This document shows positions 14,070-26,839 of a DNA stretch of 64,000 nucleotides, one piece after another. The notes beneath the pieces were generated by a model, which was given only the letters and a program-made list of their open reading frames with translations, was not told the DNA's origin and ran no database searches. Origin of the DNA: Okamejei kenojei (taxonomy: Eukaryota); contig JAVHYY010000297.1 of assembly GCA_035221665.1 (NCBI GenBank), positions 186,001-250,000 of the forward strand, written 5' to 3'. Every line of letters begins with the position of its first letter. Position 1 is the first letter of the stretch. The translations under genes and the position numbers were made by a program.

Positions 14070-15550
14070 GAAACATAGAGACTTAGAAAAATAGGTGCAG
14101 GAGTAGGCCTTTCGGCCCTTCGGGCCTGCACCGCCATTCAATATGATCATGGCTGATCATCCAACGCAGTATCCCGTACCTGCCTTCTCTCCATACGCCC
14201 TGATCCATTTAGCCACAAGAGCCACAACCAACACCTTCTTGAATATAGCCAATGAACTGGCCTCAACGACCTTCTGTGGCAGAGAATTCCAGAGACTCAC
14301 CACTGTCTGTATAAAGAATGTTTTCCTCATCTCGGTCCTAAAGGAATTCCCCCTTATCCTTAGACCGTGACCCCTTGTTCTGGACTCCCCCAACATCGGG
14401 AACAATCTTCCTGCATCTAGCTTGTCCAACCCCTTAAGAATTTTGTAAGTCTCTATAACATCCCCCCGCAATCTTCTAAATTCAAGTGAGTACAAGCCGA
14501 GTCTATCCAGTCTTTCTTCATAAGAGATTCCCGACATCCCACGAATCAGTCTGGTGAACCTTCTCTGAACCCCCTCTATGGCAAGAATGTCTTTCCTCAG
14601 ATTTGGAGACCAAAACTGTACGCAATACTCCAGGTGTGGTCTCACCAAAACCCTGTACAACTGCAGTAGAACCTCCCTGCTCCTATACTCAAATCCTTTC
14701 GCTATGAATGGTAACATACCATTTGCTTTCTTCACTGCCTGCTGCACCTGCATGCCTACTTTCAATGACTGGTGCACCATGACACCCAGGTCTCGTTGCA
14801 TCTCCCCCTTTCCTAATCTGCCACCATTCAGATAATAGTCTACCCTTATGTTTTCGCCACCAATGTGGATAACCTCACATTTATCCACATTATACTGCAT
14901 CTGCCATGCATTTGCCCACTCACCCAAGTCACCTTGCAGCCTCCTGGCATCCTCCTCACAGCTAACACTGCCCCCCAGCTTCGTGTCATCTGCAAATTTG
15001 GAGATTTTGCATTCAATTCCCTCGTCCAAATCATTAATGTATATTGTAAATAGCTGGGGTCCCAGCACTTGCGGTACCCCACTACTCACTGCCTGCCATT
15101 CTGAAAAGGACCCGTTTACTCCTACCCATTGCTTCCTGTCTGCCAGCCAGTTCTCTATCCACATCATTATTGAACCACCGATACCGTGTGCTTTAAGTTT
15201 ATGTACTAATCTCTTACGTGTGACCTTGTCGAAAGCCTTCTGAAAGTCCAGATATAACACATCCACTGGTTCTCCCTTATCCACTCTACTAGGTACATCC
15301 TCGAAAAATTCTATACGATTCGTCAGACATGATTTATCTTTTGTAAATCCATGCTGACTTTGTCCAATGATTTCACCACTTTCCAAATGCGCTGCTATCC
15401 CATCTTTAATAACTGACTCTAGCAGTTTCCCCACTACCGATGTTAGACTAACTGGTCTGTAATTCTCCACTTTCTCCCTCCCTCCTTTTTTAAAAAGTGG
15501 GGTTACATTAGCTATCCTCCAATCCTCAGGAACTACTCCAGAATCTAAGG
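14070..15550 (-). mobile_element. CR1-clade LINE, 5'-truncated, relatively young (437-aa open RT fragment)
   Basis: NYRPVSLT, LDFQKAFD, FADD, RPHLEYCVQFWSP; conserved 3' UTR hairpin. Confidence 0.92.
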
Positions 15551-15589
15551 GGATTCGATGTAGCTGTTAGTGTGATAAGTGCACATGTT

Positions 15590-16170
15590 ATAAGATTACA
15601 ATTAGGCCATTCGGCCCATCGAATCTACTCCGTCATTCAATCATGGCTGATCTAATCCCATTGCCCTGCCTCCTCCCCATAACCCTGTATACCCGTTCTA
15701 ATCAATATTATCTACCTCTGCCTCACAAATATCAACTGACTTGGCCTCCACAGCCCTTTACTACGTTCTAACTGAAGAAGTTCCTCCTCACGTCATTTCT
15801 AAAAGAACGCCATTAATTCTGAGGCTATGACCTCTGGTCTTGCACTCTCCCACCAGTGCAACATCCTGTCCACAATCACTCTGTGCATGTCTTCCATTAT
15901 TCTGTAAGTTCCAATGAGGTGCCCCTCAACCTTCTAAATTCCAGAGTGTAGAGGCCCAATGCTGTCAAACGCTGATCACATGCTAACCCAACCATTCCAG
16001 GAATCATTCTTGTAAACCTCCTCTGGACCCTCTAGCGCCAGCACATCCTTTTTAGATAAGGGGCTCAAATGTTCTCTCAATACTCCAAATGCGACCTGAA
16101 CACCGCCTTATGAAGCCTCGGCGTTACATATCTCTTTTTTTATTCCAATCCTCTTAATATAAATGCTCAT
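15590..16170 (-). mobile_element. Degraded CR1 3' fragment
   Basis: Collinear with other CR1 3' ends. Confidence 0.7.
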
Positions 16171-16669
16171 CCCGAGTGAATCCGTTGAGGTGCCCCAGCT
16201 AGAGTTTTCGCCCACAAATTGAAGGATATAATTACGAAGGAAAATATGCAGAACGGATTCATTCGTGATGTCAATATCGTGTAAAGTGTTGGATTATGGA
16301 GGGAGCCTGGGCATACTTGGCCATTTTGTCTTCAGAAAGCAGGACGCTGACGGGTGATTTTATCGTTCCTGTACAAGCTCACGCATAAATTGAACCTCTG
16401 GAAGAAGATTCTAAAGCTGGAGGATCGCAGATTGTATCTGAAACTCTTTGCTAGGGGAAGCTATGAAGTACAATTATAACTTTCCAAAGACGGATTTGCA
16501 GATATATGGATGGCGAATATTTCGATGGATAGGGCCCAAATGCAGGCAGATGCGACGCCCAAAGAAAGCCAAACTAGATCCCATGGAAAAGGTGGAAGGA
16601 ATGTTCCGTTTCCCTGCTGTACGGATCGGTGAATCATTGACTATAATAATTTATTAAAAGTATACTTAC

Positions 16670-16960
16670 ATGTTACATTCAGGGTAACGGAGTTTGCCAG
16701 TCTGTGACTCGTATCAAAGTAGTCAACCGTACAGTGAACCGTTTGCCCGTGATGAGCGGCGGAAGGAGTAAAAGTCAAGACAGAGGATATTTCTCCGCTC
16801 GTTTTCTTGGCAATCTCAATGATGTTGGAATCTGGCAGCTGACTCCAGGTGAGAGATGGGCGTTCATCGGGACAGGTGTAGAGGGCTTTGCAGATGATGT
16901 TCACCGGGGTCCCTTCGGTGAGAATTTCCGGGATTAAAATCTCGGGTTTATCAGGTACAT
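16670..16960 (-). CDS. Siglec/MAG-like gene, Ig C2-set domain 2 exon
   Basis: Acceptor ctccag|AT, donor ACAT|GTAAG, 291 nt, phase 1-1. DKPEILIP..CKALYTCPDERPSLTW..SVLTFTPSAAHHGQTVHC includes the extra Cys used for the Siglec D1-D2 disulfide. Confidence 0.9.
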
Positions 16961-17317
16961 CTGGAGATTGGAAAGATTTAGTGAAACAACATGTAGGGAG
17001 GGGCTGGGACTGGTGATGCGAGTTATATTTTAGACTCAAACTGTTGTTAGTCCAGAACGCACTGCCTTGGAGGGTGCAAAGAACAAACTGATGAAGGAAC
17101 ACCACCCGCTGAGCAGCATTTGTGGAGGGAAAGCGATGGTCTGGAAGGCACAATCTCAACCCAAATTGTCCACCATCATTTTGACTCCATTGATGTTGCT
17201 CGCTGAGTCACTCCAGCTATCTGTTGTTCTTTTGGTCCGGAATCAACCATCTGTAGGCTCTTCTCTGCCCAAGAGAGTGGGGCATGCTATGATTCTACGA
17301 TAATTAAAAAAAAATCA

Positions 17318-17465
17318 CCTGTCCATCCACCTTTCCACCCATCTGTCCACCACCTGACCACCATCCGTGCACCATCTGACCACCACCTCTCCACCCATCC
17401 GTCTATCTATCCATCTACCGAAACATCTACCCACCCATCCATCCATCGATCTATTCATCTACCTA
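17318..17465. repeat. Degenerate (TCCA)n microsatellite
   Basis: Directly visible. Confidence 0.75.
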
Positions 17466-17656
17466 TTCGCTATACGTACTAATCCCACTTGTTAAAAGTG
17501 TCGCCGAGGACAAATCGCCATTACTCCAGTAATCCAGAGTGTAAGGTCCTAGGAATCACCGCAGTTCCACCGATGAATTTCACCAGGGGGCTTTCACAGT
17601 TGTTTTACGTCCCTGTCTATTCGGCCAATTAACCTACAAATATGTACGTCTGAGGA

Positions 17657-19283
17657 GTGCTCCCCGATGACTACCAGCCCCTCACACTCAACCCCGACGA
17701 CGTGCATGTGGCACTGAGTAGAATCAATCTACGTAAGGCTGCCGGCCCTGACGGCATCCCCGGGCGCGTCCTCAGGACCTGTGCTGCACAGCTGACAGAC
17801 GTCTGGACTGACATCTTCAACCTGTCACTTGCCCAGGCAGTTGTCCCCACGTGCCTAAAAACTACCTCTATCGTGCCAGTGCCAAAACACTCCACTGCGG
17901 CGAGACTCAACGACTTCCGCCCAGTTCACTCTCCCCTATCATCGCCAAGTGCTTTGAAAGGCTGGTCATGGCACACCTCAAATGCTGCCTTCGTCCCAGT
18001 CTGGACCCCTACCAGTTTGCGTACCGCAAGAACAGGAGCACGGAGGATGCCATCTCAACGGCACTCCACTTCACCCTCTCCCATCTCGACAACAGAAACA
18101 CTTATGTGAGAATGCTGTTCCGCGACTACAGCTCAGCATTCAACACCATTATCCCCTCGAAATTGATCGCCAAACTCGATGACCTGGGCATCAACCCCTC
18201 CCTCTGCTATTGGTTAATTGGACTTTCTAACCAACAGACCACAGTCTGTTAGGTTGGTTAACCACTCCTCTTCTACGCTCACCCTGAACACTGGCGTACC
18301 CCAGGGCTGCGGCTGAGCCCCCTCCTCTACTCCCTCATCACCTACGACTGCATACCTGTATATGGTACCAACACCATCATCAAGTATGCAGATGACACGA
18401 CGGTGATTGGCCTCATCAGCGACAACGATGAGTCGGCCTACAGGGAGGAGGTTCAGCTCCTAACAGCATGGTGTGCCGAAAATAACCCGGCCCTCAACTC
18501 CAAGAAGACCAAGGAGCTCAATGTTGACTTCAGGAGATCGAGAGGCTGCTCGCACAACCCCATCCATATCAACGGGATGGAGGTGGAACGTGTCTCCAGC
18601 TTCAGGTTCCTGGGGGTCAACGTTCCGATGACCTCTCATTGGACCCACAACACATCTTCGCTGATCAAGAAGGCTCACCAACGTCTCTTCTTCCTGAGGA
18701 GACTTGAGCAGGTCCACCTGTCTCCCCAGATTCTGGTGAACTTCTACCGCTGCACCATCGAGAGCATCCTTACCAACTGCATCACAGTATGGTATGGTAA
18801 CTGCTCTGTTGCCGACCGGAAAGCTCTGCAGAGGGTGGTGAAGATCGCCCGACGCATCACAAGCTCCTCACTCCCCTCCATTGAGTCTGCCCATAGAAAA
18901 CGATACCTGCGTAGGGCGCACAGCATCGTCAGGGACAGCTCACATCCCAACCACAGACTGTTTACCCTCCTCCCATCCGGTCCCTCCGCTGCCGGCCCAG
19001 CAGGCTCAAGAACAACTTCTTCCCTGCGGCTGTCGCACTTCTCAACGCTGCACCTCAATGCCTGCCTGTCTCCACCCCTCAACTCCCGCCCCCCGGACTA
19101 TCCAATGACCAGGATATTGCACGGACACCACTGCTTATGTATATGTATTACTTGTTTATTCGTAAGTTCGCCCTTCGGAGATACCAATTGAATTCCGTTG
19201 TCTCTGTATTGTACACTGCACAATGACAATAAAGATTGAATTGAATTGAATTGAATTGGATTGAATTGAATTGAATTGAATTG
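17657..19283 (+). mobile_element. Rex1/Babar-type LINE, 5'-truncated, with (ATTGA)n tail
   Basis: [53 protein letters not shown]; ends CAATGACAATAAAG(ATTGA)n. Confidence 0.85.
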
Positions 19284-19658
19284 AAAACCGTGGCACCCCG
19301 AGAAATCCCACGTACTCCCAGGGAGAACGTGAAAAGATCACGTAGAAAACACCCGTAGACTAGATGGAACCCCCGTCTTTGGCGCTGTGGGGCAGCATCT
19401 CTACCACTCGCTAGAACCACGCTTGTTGGACGCCAAGCCGTTACTAGCACCACTCTCTCCTTGAACATTTCGCCCTCTGTACTGTCGCTGTCCCAAATAC
19501 GCATTCCCATTGCTGTGCAATTCCCCAAGCTGCAAACCTCCTGCGCTCGCTCTAAAGCGCGGGACTGAGAAAGGACATAGAAAATAAATTTCAAAACGGA
19601 GCAAAACCAACTCTGAAGTACGTGTGCACAGCGGACGCAAATTTTGAATGGGCCTCAC

Positions 19659-20015
19659 CCAGAACGTGCAGTTGGACGGGGGTTGTGAAGGTGTAGGTAT
19701 CAAAGCCGTCCACTTCCACGTAGAAGTAGTACACATCAGAGTCTTCGGATCTGAGGTGATTGATCTGCAGCGAGCAGTCTTTCTCTCGCAGGTTACCAAC
19801 GATTTTAGCCCGCCCCTTGAACCCGGCCATTCCGTAGTTGGGATCTCTGGAGTAAAACACTGTGTACTTCCAGTGGTACCAGTACTTGAACCACGCTCCG
19901 TGGATAGCGGTGTAAGGATGCGAGGGGAAGTTGAGCGTACAGGGTATCACCACGCAAGACTTCCTGATGGCACGATGGGACCGAGCCCGCATGGTCCATT
20001 CACCCGACTGCACGC
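19659..20015 (-). CDS. Siglec/MAG-like gene, Ig V-set exon
   Basis: Acceptor tccag|GC, donor CTGG|GTGAG, 357 nt, phase 1-1. Siglec-type features: SCVVIPC, GAW, GRAKIVGNL-x-x-x-DCSL (E-strand Cys), D-x-x-x-YYF, YTF. Resembles MAG domain 1. Confidence 0.9.
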
Positions 20016-20479
20016 CTGGAATGGTGGAGCAGATAAGTTGACGGGAGTGTTAAATGGTGCGGCAGGAAAACTAAAACAGCAATAGACAATCTACTGAAAT
20101 GATTAAGGTTAAGTCATTGGTACCTTCAACAGAAAAAATAATATTCTGACTTGCTGCACATTTTATGCAATTACATAGCTACAGTATGCCATAATACAAA
20201 ACAATCAGAACATAACCTTTCTACTGTCATAGAGTTAAGGTGAAGGGGGAACTTTTAATATGAATCTGGGGGGTATCTTTTTCGCAACAAATGTTTAGTT
20301 TAGTTTAGTTTAGTTTAGTTTAGTTTAGTTTAGATACAGAGTGGAAACAGGCCTTTCTGCCATCCATATCCGCGCCGACCACCGATTCCCGCACACTAAC
20401 ATTATCCTACACAGTAGGGACAGCAAGTGTACGAAACGACAGAGGAAGTAGTCGACGCAGGGACTATTGCAACAAAGAA

Positions 20480-21143
20480 ACATGGAAAATAGGTGCAGGA
20501 GTAGGTCATTCTGCCCTTCGTGCCTGCACCGCCATTCAATATGACCATGGCTGATCATTCAACTCAGTATCCTGTACCTGCCTTCTCTCCATACCGCCTG
20601 ATCCTTTTAGCCACAAGAGCCACATCTAACTCCCTCTTAAATATAGCCAATGAACTGGCCTCAACTACCTTCTGTGGCAGAGAATTCCAGTGACTCACCA
20701 CTCTCTGTGTAAAAATCTTTTATCCGCATCTCGGTCCTTAAAGAATTCCCCCTTATCCTTAAACAGTGACCCCTTGTTCTGGACCTCACGAACATCGGGA
20801 ACAACCTTCCTGCATCTAGCCTGTCCTTAAGAATGTTGTAAGTTTCTATAAGATCCCCCCTCAATCTTCTAAATTCTAGCGAGTGCAAGCCGAGTCTATC
20901 CATTCTTCCTCATATGAAAGTTCTGACATCCCAGGAATCAGTCTGGTGAACATTCTATGTACCCCCTCTCTGGCAAGAATGTCTTTCCTCAGATTTGGAG
21001 ACCAAAACTGTACGCAATGCTCCAGGTGTGGTCTCACCAAAACCCTGTATAACTGCAGTAGAATCTCCCTGCTTCTATACTCAAATCCTTTTGCTATGAA
21101 TGCTACCATACCATTCCCTTTCCTCACTGCCTGCTGCACCTGC
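20480..21143 (-). mobile_element. CR1-clade LINE 3' fragment
   Basis: Closely matches 14090-14750. Confidence 0.88.
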
Positions 21144-21738
21144 ACAATGGTTGCCTGATCCGCAGGGAAACTCAGAAGATTGTTTGTTTATCCACAACAT
21201 TGTCCACTGCAAATATTCGAGATCGCTGCCCCAATGATAGGCTCCTTTGGATTTCGTATTTCTCATCCATATCACCGCCAACATAGAACCGTACACCAGA
21301 GGACCAGTTCCCCTGGGTCACCATTCTTGTGCCGAAGGTGATGTCACATCAATCTCCTCCGCCTACACATAAACCATATCACGCCATTCGCTGCGCATCT
21401 ATGGACCTATATAAAATAGTTTTATATGACACTATCGTATCTCCCTCCACCACTACCCCCAGCTGTGCATTCCCGGCACCCGCCATTCTCTGTGCACAAA
21501 GCGTGTCCCGCGCAACTGCTGTTGGCGAAGTGGCAGGAAGGAGGAATGATCACAGGATGGATGTTAGACGATGATTCCGACAATTGAGATGTTGAACTAA
21601 TAGGCTCCATGGCCTCAACAGTGGTGGCCGACTCGTGTGCTCATTACATTGCGTCCATGCTGAACATTAGCCCCATCGTATCACTATTATAATTTGCAAG
21701 GGATGTAAGCAATACGTGCGAAACGTTGCCGATTTTAC

Positions 21739-21778
21739 CTTGGAGAAGTAACAAGGGGAAGCAATATTGCCAGATCAT
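21739..21778 (-). CDS. Siglec/MAG-like gene, signal-peptide exon (MIWQYCFPLLLLQ-G); exon extends 5' to an acceptor at 21820
   Basis: ATG at 21778, hydrophobic leader, phase-1 donor CAAG|GTAAAA. Upstream acceptor ttttttacag| implies a further 5' non-coding exon. Splices in frame to the V-set exon giving ...LLLLQGVQSGEW. Confidence 0.8.
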
Positions 21779-21854
21779 TGTGCCTTCTTGAATATATCGT
21801 CCGTTTGCGGTTATCCGGATCTGTAAAAAAAGAACACTCAAATAATATTACTAT

Positions 21855-22140
21855 GGGCGGCACGGTGGCACAGCGGACAGAGTTACTGCCTTACACTGTG
21901 GAGAGACCCGCGTTCCGTCCTGCCTCCGGGGACTGTCTGTCAGGATTTTGTACGTTCTCCACATCACCTGCGTGGGTTTACGGCTGGTGCTGCGCTTTCC
22001 TCTCACACACCAAAGACGTTGTGGTTTGTAGGTCAATTGGCATCGATAACATTGTAAATTGTATCTAGTGTGTGTCGGGTTATGTTCGTGTGCAGGAATC
22101 GTTGGTCGGCGCGGACTCCGCAGTCCGAAGGGCATATAGC
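21855..22140 (+). mobile_element. tRNA-derived SINE
   Basis: GGGCGGCACGGTGGCACAGCGG (A-box-like head), body shared with other copies, CR1-like 3' tail. Confidence 0.75.
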
Positions 22141-22289
22141 TAATCCTTTGTAAATATATTCTCGCTTCGCGGTTTTGCGCCTCATAAATCCGAACGACAA
22201 ATATTAATAACATAATCGATATAGCAACAGATCGCAGGAGATCCTGGAGAAAATCTACGCAGTTCACTGCGAGAACGTACGCATTCCGT

Positions 22290-23940
22290 ACAGACCCCAC
22301 CGAACACATTTCCACATACCTTGACGCCATCCTATCCCCCTTTGTTAAATCCCTCCCCACCTATGTTCCAGACACCTCAGACACTCACCGTCGGCTCCGT
22401 GCATTCCATTCTCCAGGCCCCCATCCTCTCATCTTTACCATGGACGTCCAGTCACTCTACACCTCCATCCCCCACCAGGACGGTCTCAAAGCCCTCCGGT
22501 TCTTCCTCGACCAGAGGAGCAACCCATACCCGTCCACTGACACCCTCCTCCGCCTAGCGGAGTTGGTCCTTACCCTCAATAACTTCTCTTTCGATTCCTC
22601 CCATTTCCTCCAAACACAAGGCGTAGCTATGGGCACACGCATGGGCCCCAGCTACGCTTGCCTCTTTGTTGGGTACGTCGAACAATCCTTGTTCTCGGCG
22701 TACCAGGGCCCCATCCCGACCTCTACCTCCGTTACATCGATGACTGCTTTGGTGTCACCTCCTGCACCCACACACAACTGACTGACTTCATTCATTTCAC
22801 CACCAACTTCCATCAGGCACTCAAATACACTTGGACCATTTCCGACATTTCCCTACCATTCCTTGACCTCACCATCTCTATTGCAGGTGATACACTCCTG
22901 ACCGACATCCACTACAAACCCACCGACTCCCACAGCTACCTGGACTATACCCCGCAACACTGCCCTCTCTCCCCATTCCCCCACTCGCAAACAGGGCAGA
23001 GTCCCCCTGGTTCTCACCTTTCACCCCACCAGCCGGCAAATACAACAGATAGTCCTCCGCCAGTTTCGCCACCTCCAACGTGACCCCTCCACCCGCCACA
23101 TCTTCCCATCTCCCCCCCTGTCTGCCTTCCGCAAAGACCGCTCCCTCCGCGACTCCCTTGTCAATTCTTCCCTCCCCTCCCGCTCTACCCCTTCCCCGGG
23201 CACTTTCCCTTGCAACCGCAAGAAATGCAACACTTGTCCCTTCACCTCCCCCCTCCACTCCTTTCAGGGACTCAAGCAGTCCTTCCACGTCCGACAGAGG
23301 TTCACCTGCACCTCCTCCAACCTCATCTACTGCATCCGCTGCTCCAGATACCAGATGATCTATATCGGTGAGACCAAGCGGAGGCTTGGCGATCGTTTCG
23401 CCGAACACCTCCGCTCGGTCCGCAAAAACCAACCCGACCTCCCGGTCACTCTGCACTTCAACTCCCCATCCCATTCCGTATCCGACCTCTCGGTCCTGGG
23501 CCTCCTCCATGGCCAGAGTGAGCAACACCGCAAGTTGGAGGAACAGCACCTCATATTCCGCTTGGGGAGTTTGCATCCTTTGGGCTTGAACATTGAATTT
23601 TCTCAATTCTGTTAACCCCTGCTGTCTCCTCCCCCTCCCACCTCTCCCTCAGCCCTCGGGCCCTGGCATTCCCTCTATCTCTATCTCCCTCCCCCACCTT
23701 AGTCGCACTAGCTTCTCATTTTCACACCACAAACAGCTTACAATGGCTTGTTCCCTTTATCATCGATACTTTTTTGCATAGCTTTCATTCATTGTTCTTT
23801 ATCTCTCATCACCGTCTATATCTCTCGTTTCCCTGATCCCTGACCAGTCTGAAGAAGGGTCTCGACCCGAAACGTCGCCTATCTCCTTCGCTCCTTAGAT
23901 GCTGCTGCACCCGCTGAGTTTCTCCAGCTTTTTGTGTAAC
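22290..23940 (+). mobile_element. Penelope-like retroelement (RT plus GIY-YIG endonuclease), 5'-truncated and internally deleted
   Basis: MDVQSLYTSIP, GVAMGTRMGPSYA, YIDD, FLD, YKPTD, YIGETKRRL..RFAEH..HF. 3' repeat carries a hammerhead-like motif. Confidence 0.9.
23845..23880 (+). ncRNA. Minimal hammerhead-ribozyme-like motif of Penelope element
   Basis: CTGAAGA-A-GGGTC/TC/GACCC-GAAAC-GTC: conserved core, stem II and GUC cleavage triplet. Stem I is very short. Confidence 0.6.
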
Positions 23941-25124
23941 CCCCGTACAGATAGCACCCGTAGTCGGGAGCGGACATGAGTAAAGCAGCAATTCTAACGC
24001 AGCGCCACCGTGCCACCTTGCCACCGTATTGTTATGTGAAGAGGAAAGATGCATGGAAGTTAAGTTTCTCAGATCGGGTAACAGGAGAGCATAGAAAATA
24101 AAATTGCACGTTAACAGGCTTTTGGACCCATAATGTTTGTGCCGAATACGATGCTGAGCTAAAATACTCTCACCCCGGCTACACGAGGCACAATCTTCCA
24201 TATCCTGCTTAATACCACTATCGATCTGCTTCAAGTACTGCCATTGGCAGTGCGTTCCAGACGCCGCCACACTCTTTTAAGTTGGGACTAGATGTATGAG
24301 TCAATGATTATATTAAATTTAGCCTTGTTTCAGATAATATCAATGGACCACAGTGGGCTTCAACTTTCCTTGATCATCGTTACATTTTGCAAATGTTGCA
24401 TTCATATGTTCTATATCTCTCCCTATCTCCTGCTATATATCTCGTTTCTCTTCATGATGTTTCTCAGTCTGAAGAAGTCTCCACACGAAACATCACCAAT
24501 TCATTTTCTCCAAAGATGTTGCCTTATTCGCTCAGTTACTCCAGCCTTTTGTGTCTATCTTAAGTCTCAATTGGGTAGCCCGTTCGGCACGAACCAGAGG
24601 GGCTGAATGGCCTGTTCCTGTTATGTATAGCTCGACGATTTTAATCATCGTTCTAGTTCTGTAAGCTCAGAAAAACTCCAGAATCAGACAAAACAATCAA
24701 GGATCTTGTTTCAAAAAGGAACATATTTTAATTGCGTTATAAGCTGTCAACTCGCTCATCCCCCCCAATTAAATGGCTTAATTGCGCAGGGCAAAACCGT
24801 TAGTTTCCCCTCCCAGCATGAAATTCACCATCCATGTGACTCCTGGGACATTCAGCAGTGATGAATTTGCATTTCAGTTCTGTTCTGGGATTTGTAGCCA
24901 AATTATTTTGGCTCCAAAACCGTATTGCCACATCTGCGTTAGGCCCCGTTACAACACACCAGAAACAAAGTCCAAAGCAGGCTTTACAACGAAAAGTACA
25001 TGTCATTTGACATTCGGAGGTTACTATAACTTCACATAAAATGGGAGCAAAAAGTTTACATTTCACAATGTATTTCAGAGAAGCCAAACGGGCATTTTAT
25101 TTTGGCCAGGAGGCAAGAATGCAA

Positions 25125-25463
25125 AGCACACATACAGACTTGCACCAACACACACACATACAAACACACAAACCGACAAACACACACACGCACACTTACA
25201 AACACACACACTTGTAGACACACACACACACAAACAAACACACACACACACACGATGACACGGCGAGCGGCCACCGAGGTCGAAGGGGGAAATGAAGGGG
25301 TTTGTGAGAACACATAGAACACGTCAAATACATAACACACACAGATACACAGGCGCTTTCGCAGAAAAAACACATGCACGCCTTCCATAAACACAGAGCT
25401 CGAAGGTGTAAGCGCATACACACAGACCCACACAGCAGCAGCGCAGGTATCTAATCAAATGTA

Positions 25464-25527
<64 letters not shown>

Positions 25528-25610
25528 ATCACGCACCCACGCTCTCTCTCGGGTTCTCACATAACCGTACTCACACAACAAGCCCACAACACCCCCCCCC
25601 CCCCCCCTCA
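25125..25610. repeat. (CA)n-rich region with poly-C runs
   Basis: Pure (CA)n at 25480-25526, degenerate at 25140-25255. Confidence 0.9.
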
Positions 25611-26419
25611 TTCTTTTGTCATATGAATAGAGAGCACTTTCGGGAAAGTCGAGCCAAAGTCCTACATACGTTCAAACCTGTCGGTGTTTCAGCTGGCACG
25701 GAGTCCGCAGGTAATTGCTGAAGCACTGTTTATTGCAAACTACTGGTCCTGGAAAAGAACTGGCCAACGATTCACCTGATGGTACAGTAAATAGTGTGGT
25801 TTTCGGTCTTCTTTCTGTATGCTTGGTCGTTTACCTATGGAGGTTCGCGCTGTAGCCTTGCTCTGCAGTTATGTTCAGTAGGATCGTCTCTCTGATTCTG
25901 CAGGTTTGGTTACCACGATTCGAAAACCGTGGCACCTGTAAATTGCAGACGAAGCCTCGTTAAAACCTGCCACGGGGCCAGCGCTTTGGACTGATCTCTC
26001 CACAGAACCGATCTTGATTTTGAAATGTCGAAATGAGCCGGATCGATCGGCTTCTGCACCAGCAGAGCCAGTTGAAAGGAATCGAAAGTGGGACGACTAC
26101 TAGCCGCGTGAGAGGCGGCGATTGGACGTCCTGTTAGAGGCTGTTTCCGGGTCCATATTTGAGACAGTTGCCGGAATGATTGAAAACCTGTGAAACCTAA
26201 GACATGCTCTTATGTTGATATTGTCGAGTTAGACGACATAAACCACAACCATTTCGAGACCATACTGGAAATGCAAATACAATCTTCTATTACAATCGCT
26301 TTGCCAACTCACTGAATTATCATACAGTGTCGCTGGTGTAGATGGTCATTTATAATGATGCCTGCTTGGAAAATAAGAAGCGAGGAGAATCTTGAGATAG
26401 TAATGTGGCAAGGGATGAA

Positions 26420-26550
26420 TTTAGTTTAGTTCAGTTTGGATTGGTTTAGTTTAGTTTAGGCTTGTTTTGTTTTGTTTAGTTGAGTTAAATTGAGTTTGGT
26501 TGAGTTTGGGTGAGTTTAGTTCCTTCAGTTCAGTTTGTTCAGTTTAGTTT
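26420..26550. repeat. (TTTAG)n degenerate pentamer, SINE tail
   Basis: Directly visible; also at 20294-20333 and 34536-34640. Confidence 0.85.
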
Positions 26551-26839
26551 ACTGATACAGCGGGAACCGACAATTGTTCTTTCACGCTAGTTATATGTTA
26601 CCCCGCGTTTACGCCTATTTCCTTCACATTACCACATTTCAGCCAGTAGCAAACGATGGAAACCCACTCGGTGACCAGGAGAACGAGCAGTTCCCAACTC
26701 CGGGCAATTACCTGCCCATCCCCCACCCACTAAGCTTCACCGCCCTGGGCGCTGTCCCACTAACTCCTTAATATAAAGGTATCTGTCCTCATTGCCAGGA
26801 TCCTCTCTAGTCGGCAATGGTTTATCACGTATCCGCTGG

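Noticed and set aside
8815-21778. Assigning the symbol MAG, CD22 or SIGLEC1
   Set aside because: Similarity is family-level only; domain count and missing Arg do not fit, and orthology cannot be established without phylogeny.
21855-21930. tRNA gene
   Set aside because: tRNA-derived SINE head without a full cloverleaf.
22878-23606. 242-aa minus-strand ORF
   Set aside because: Antisense shadow of the C-rich Penelope ORF.
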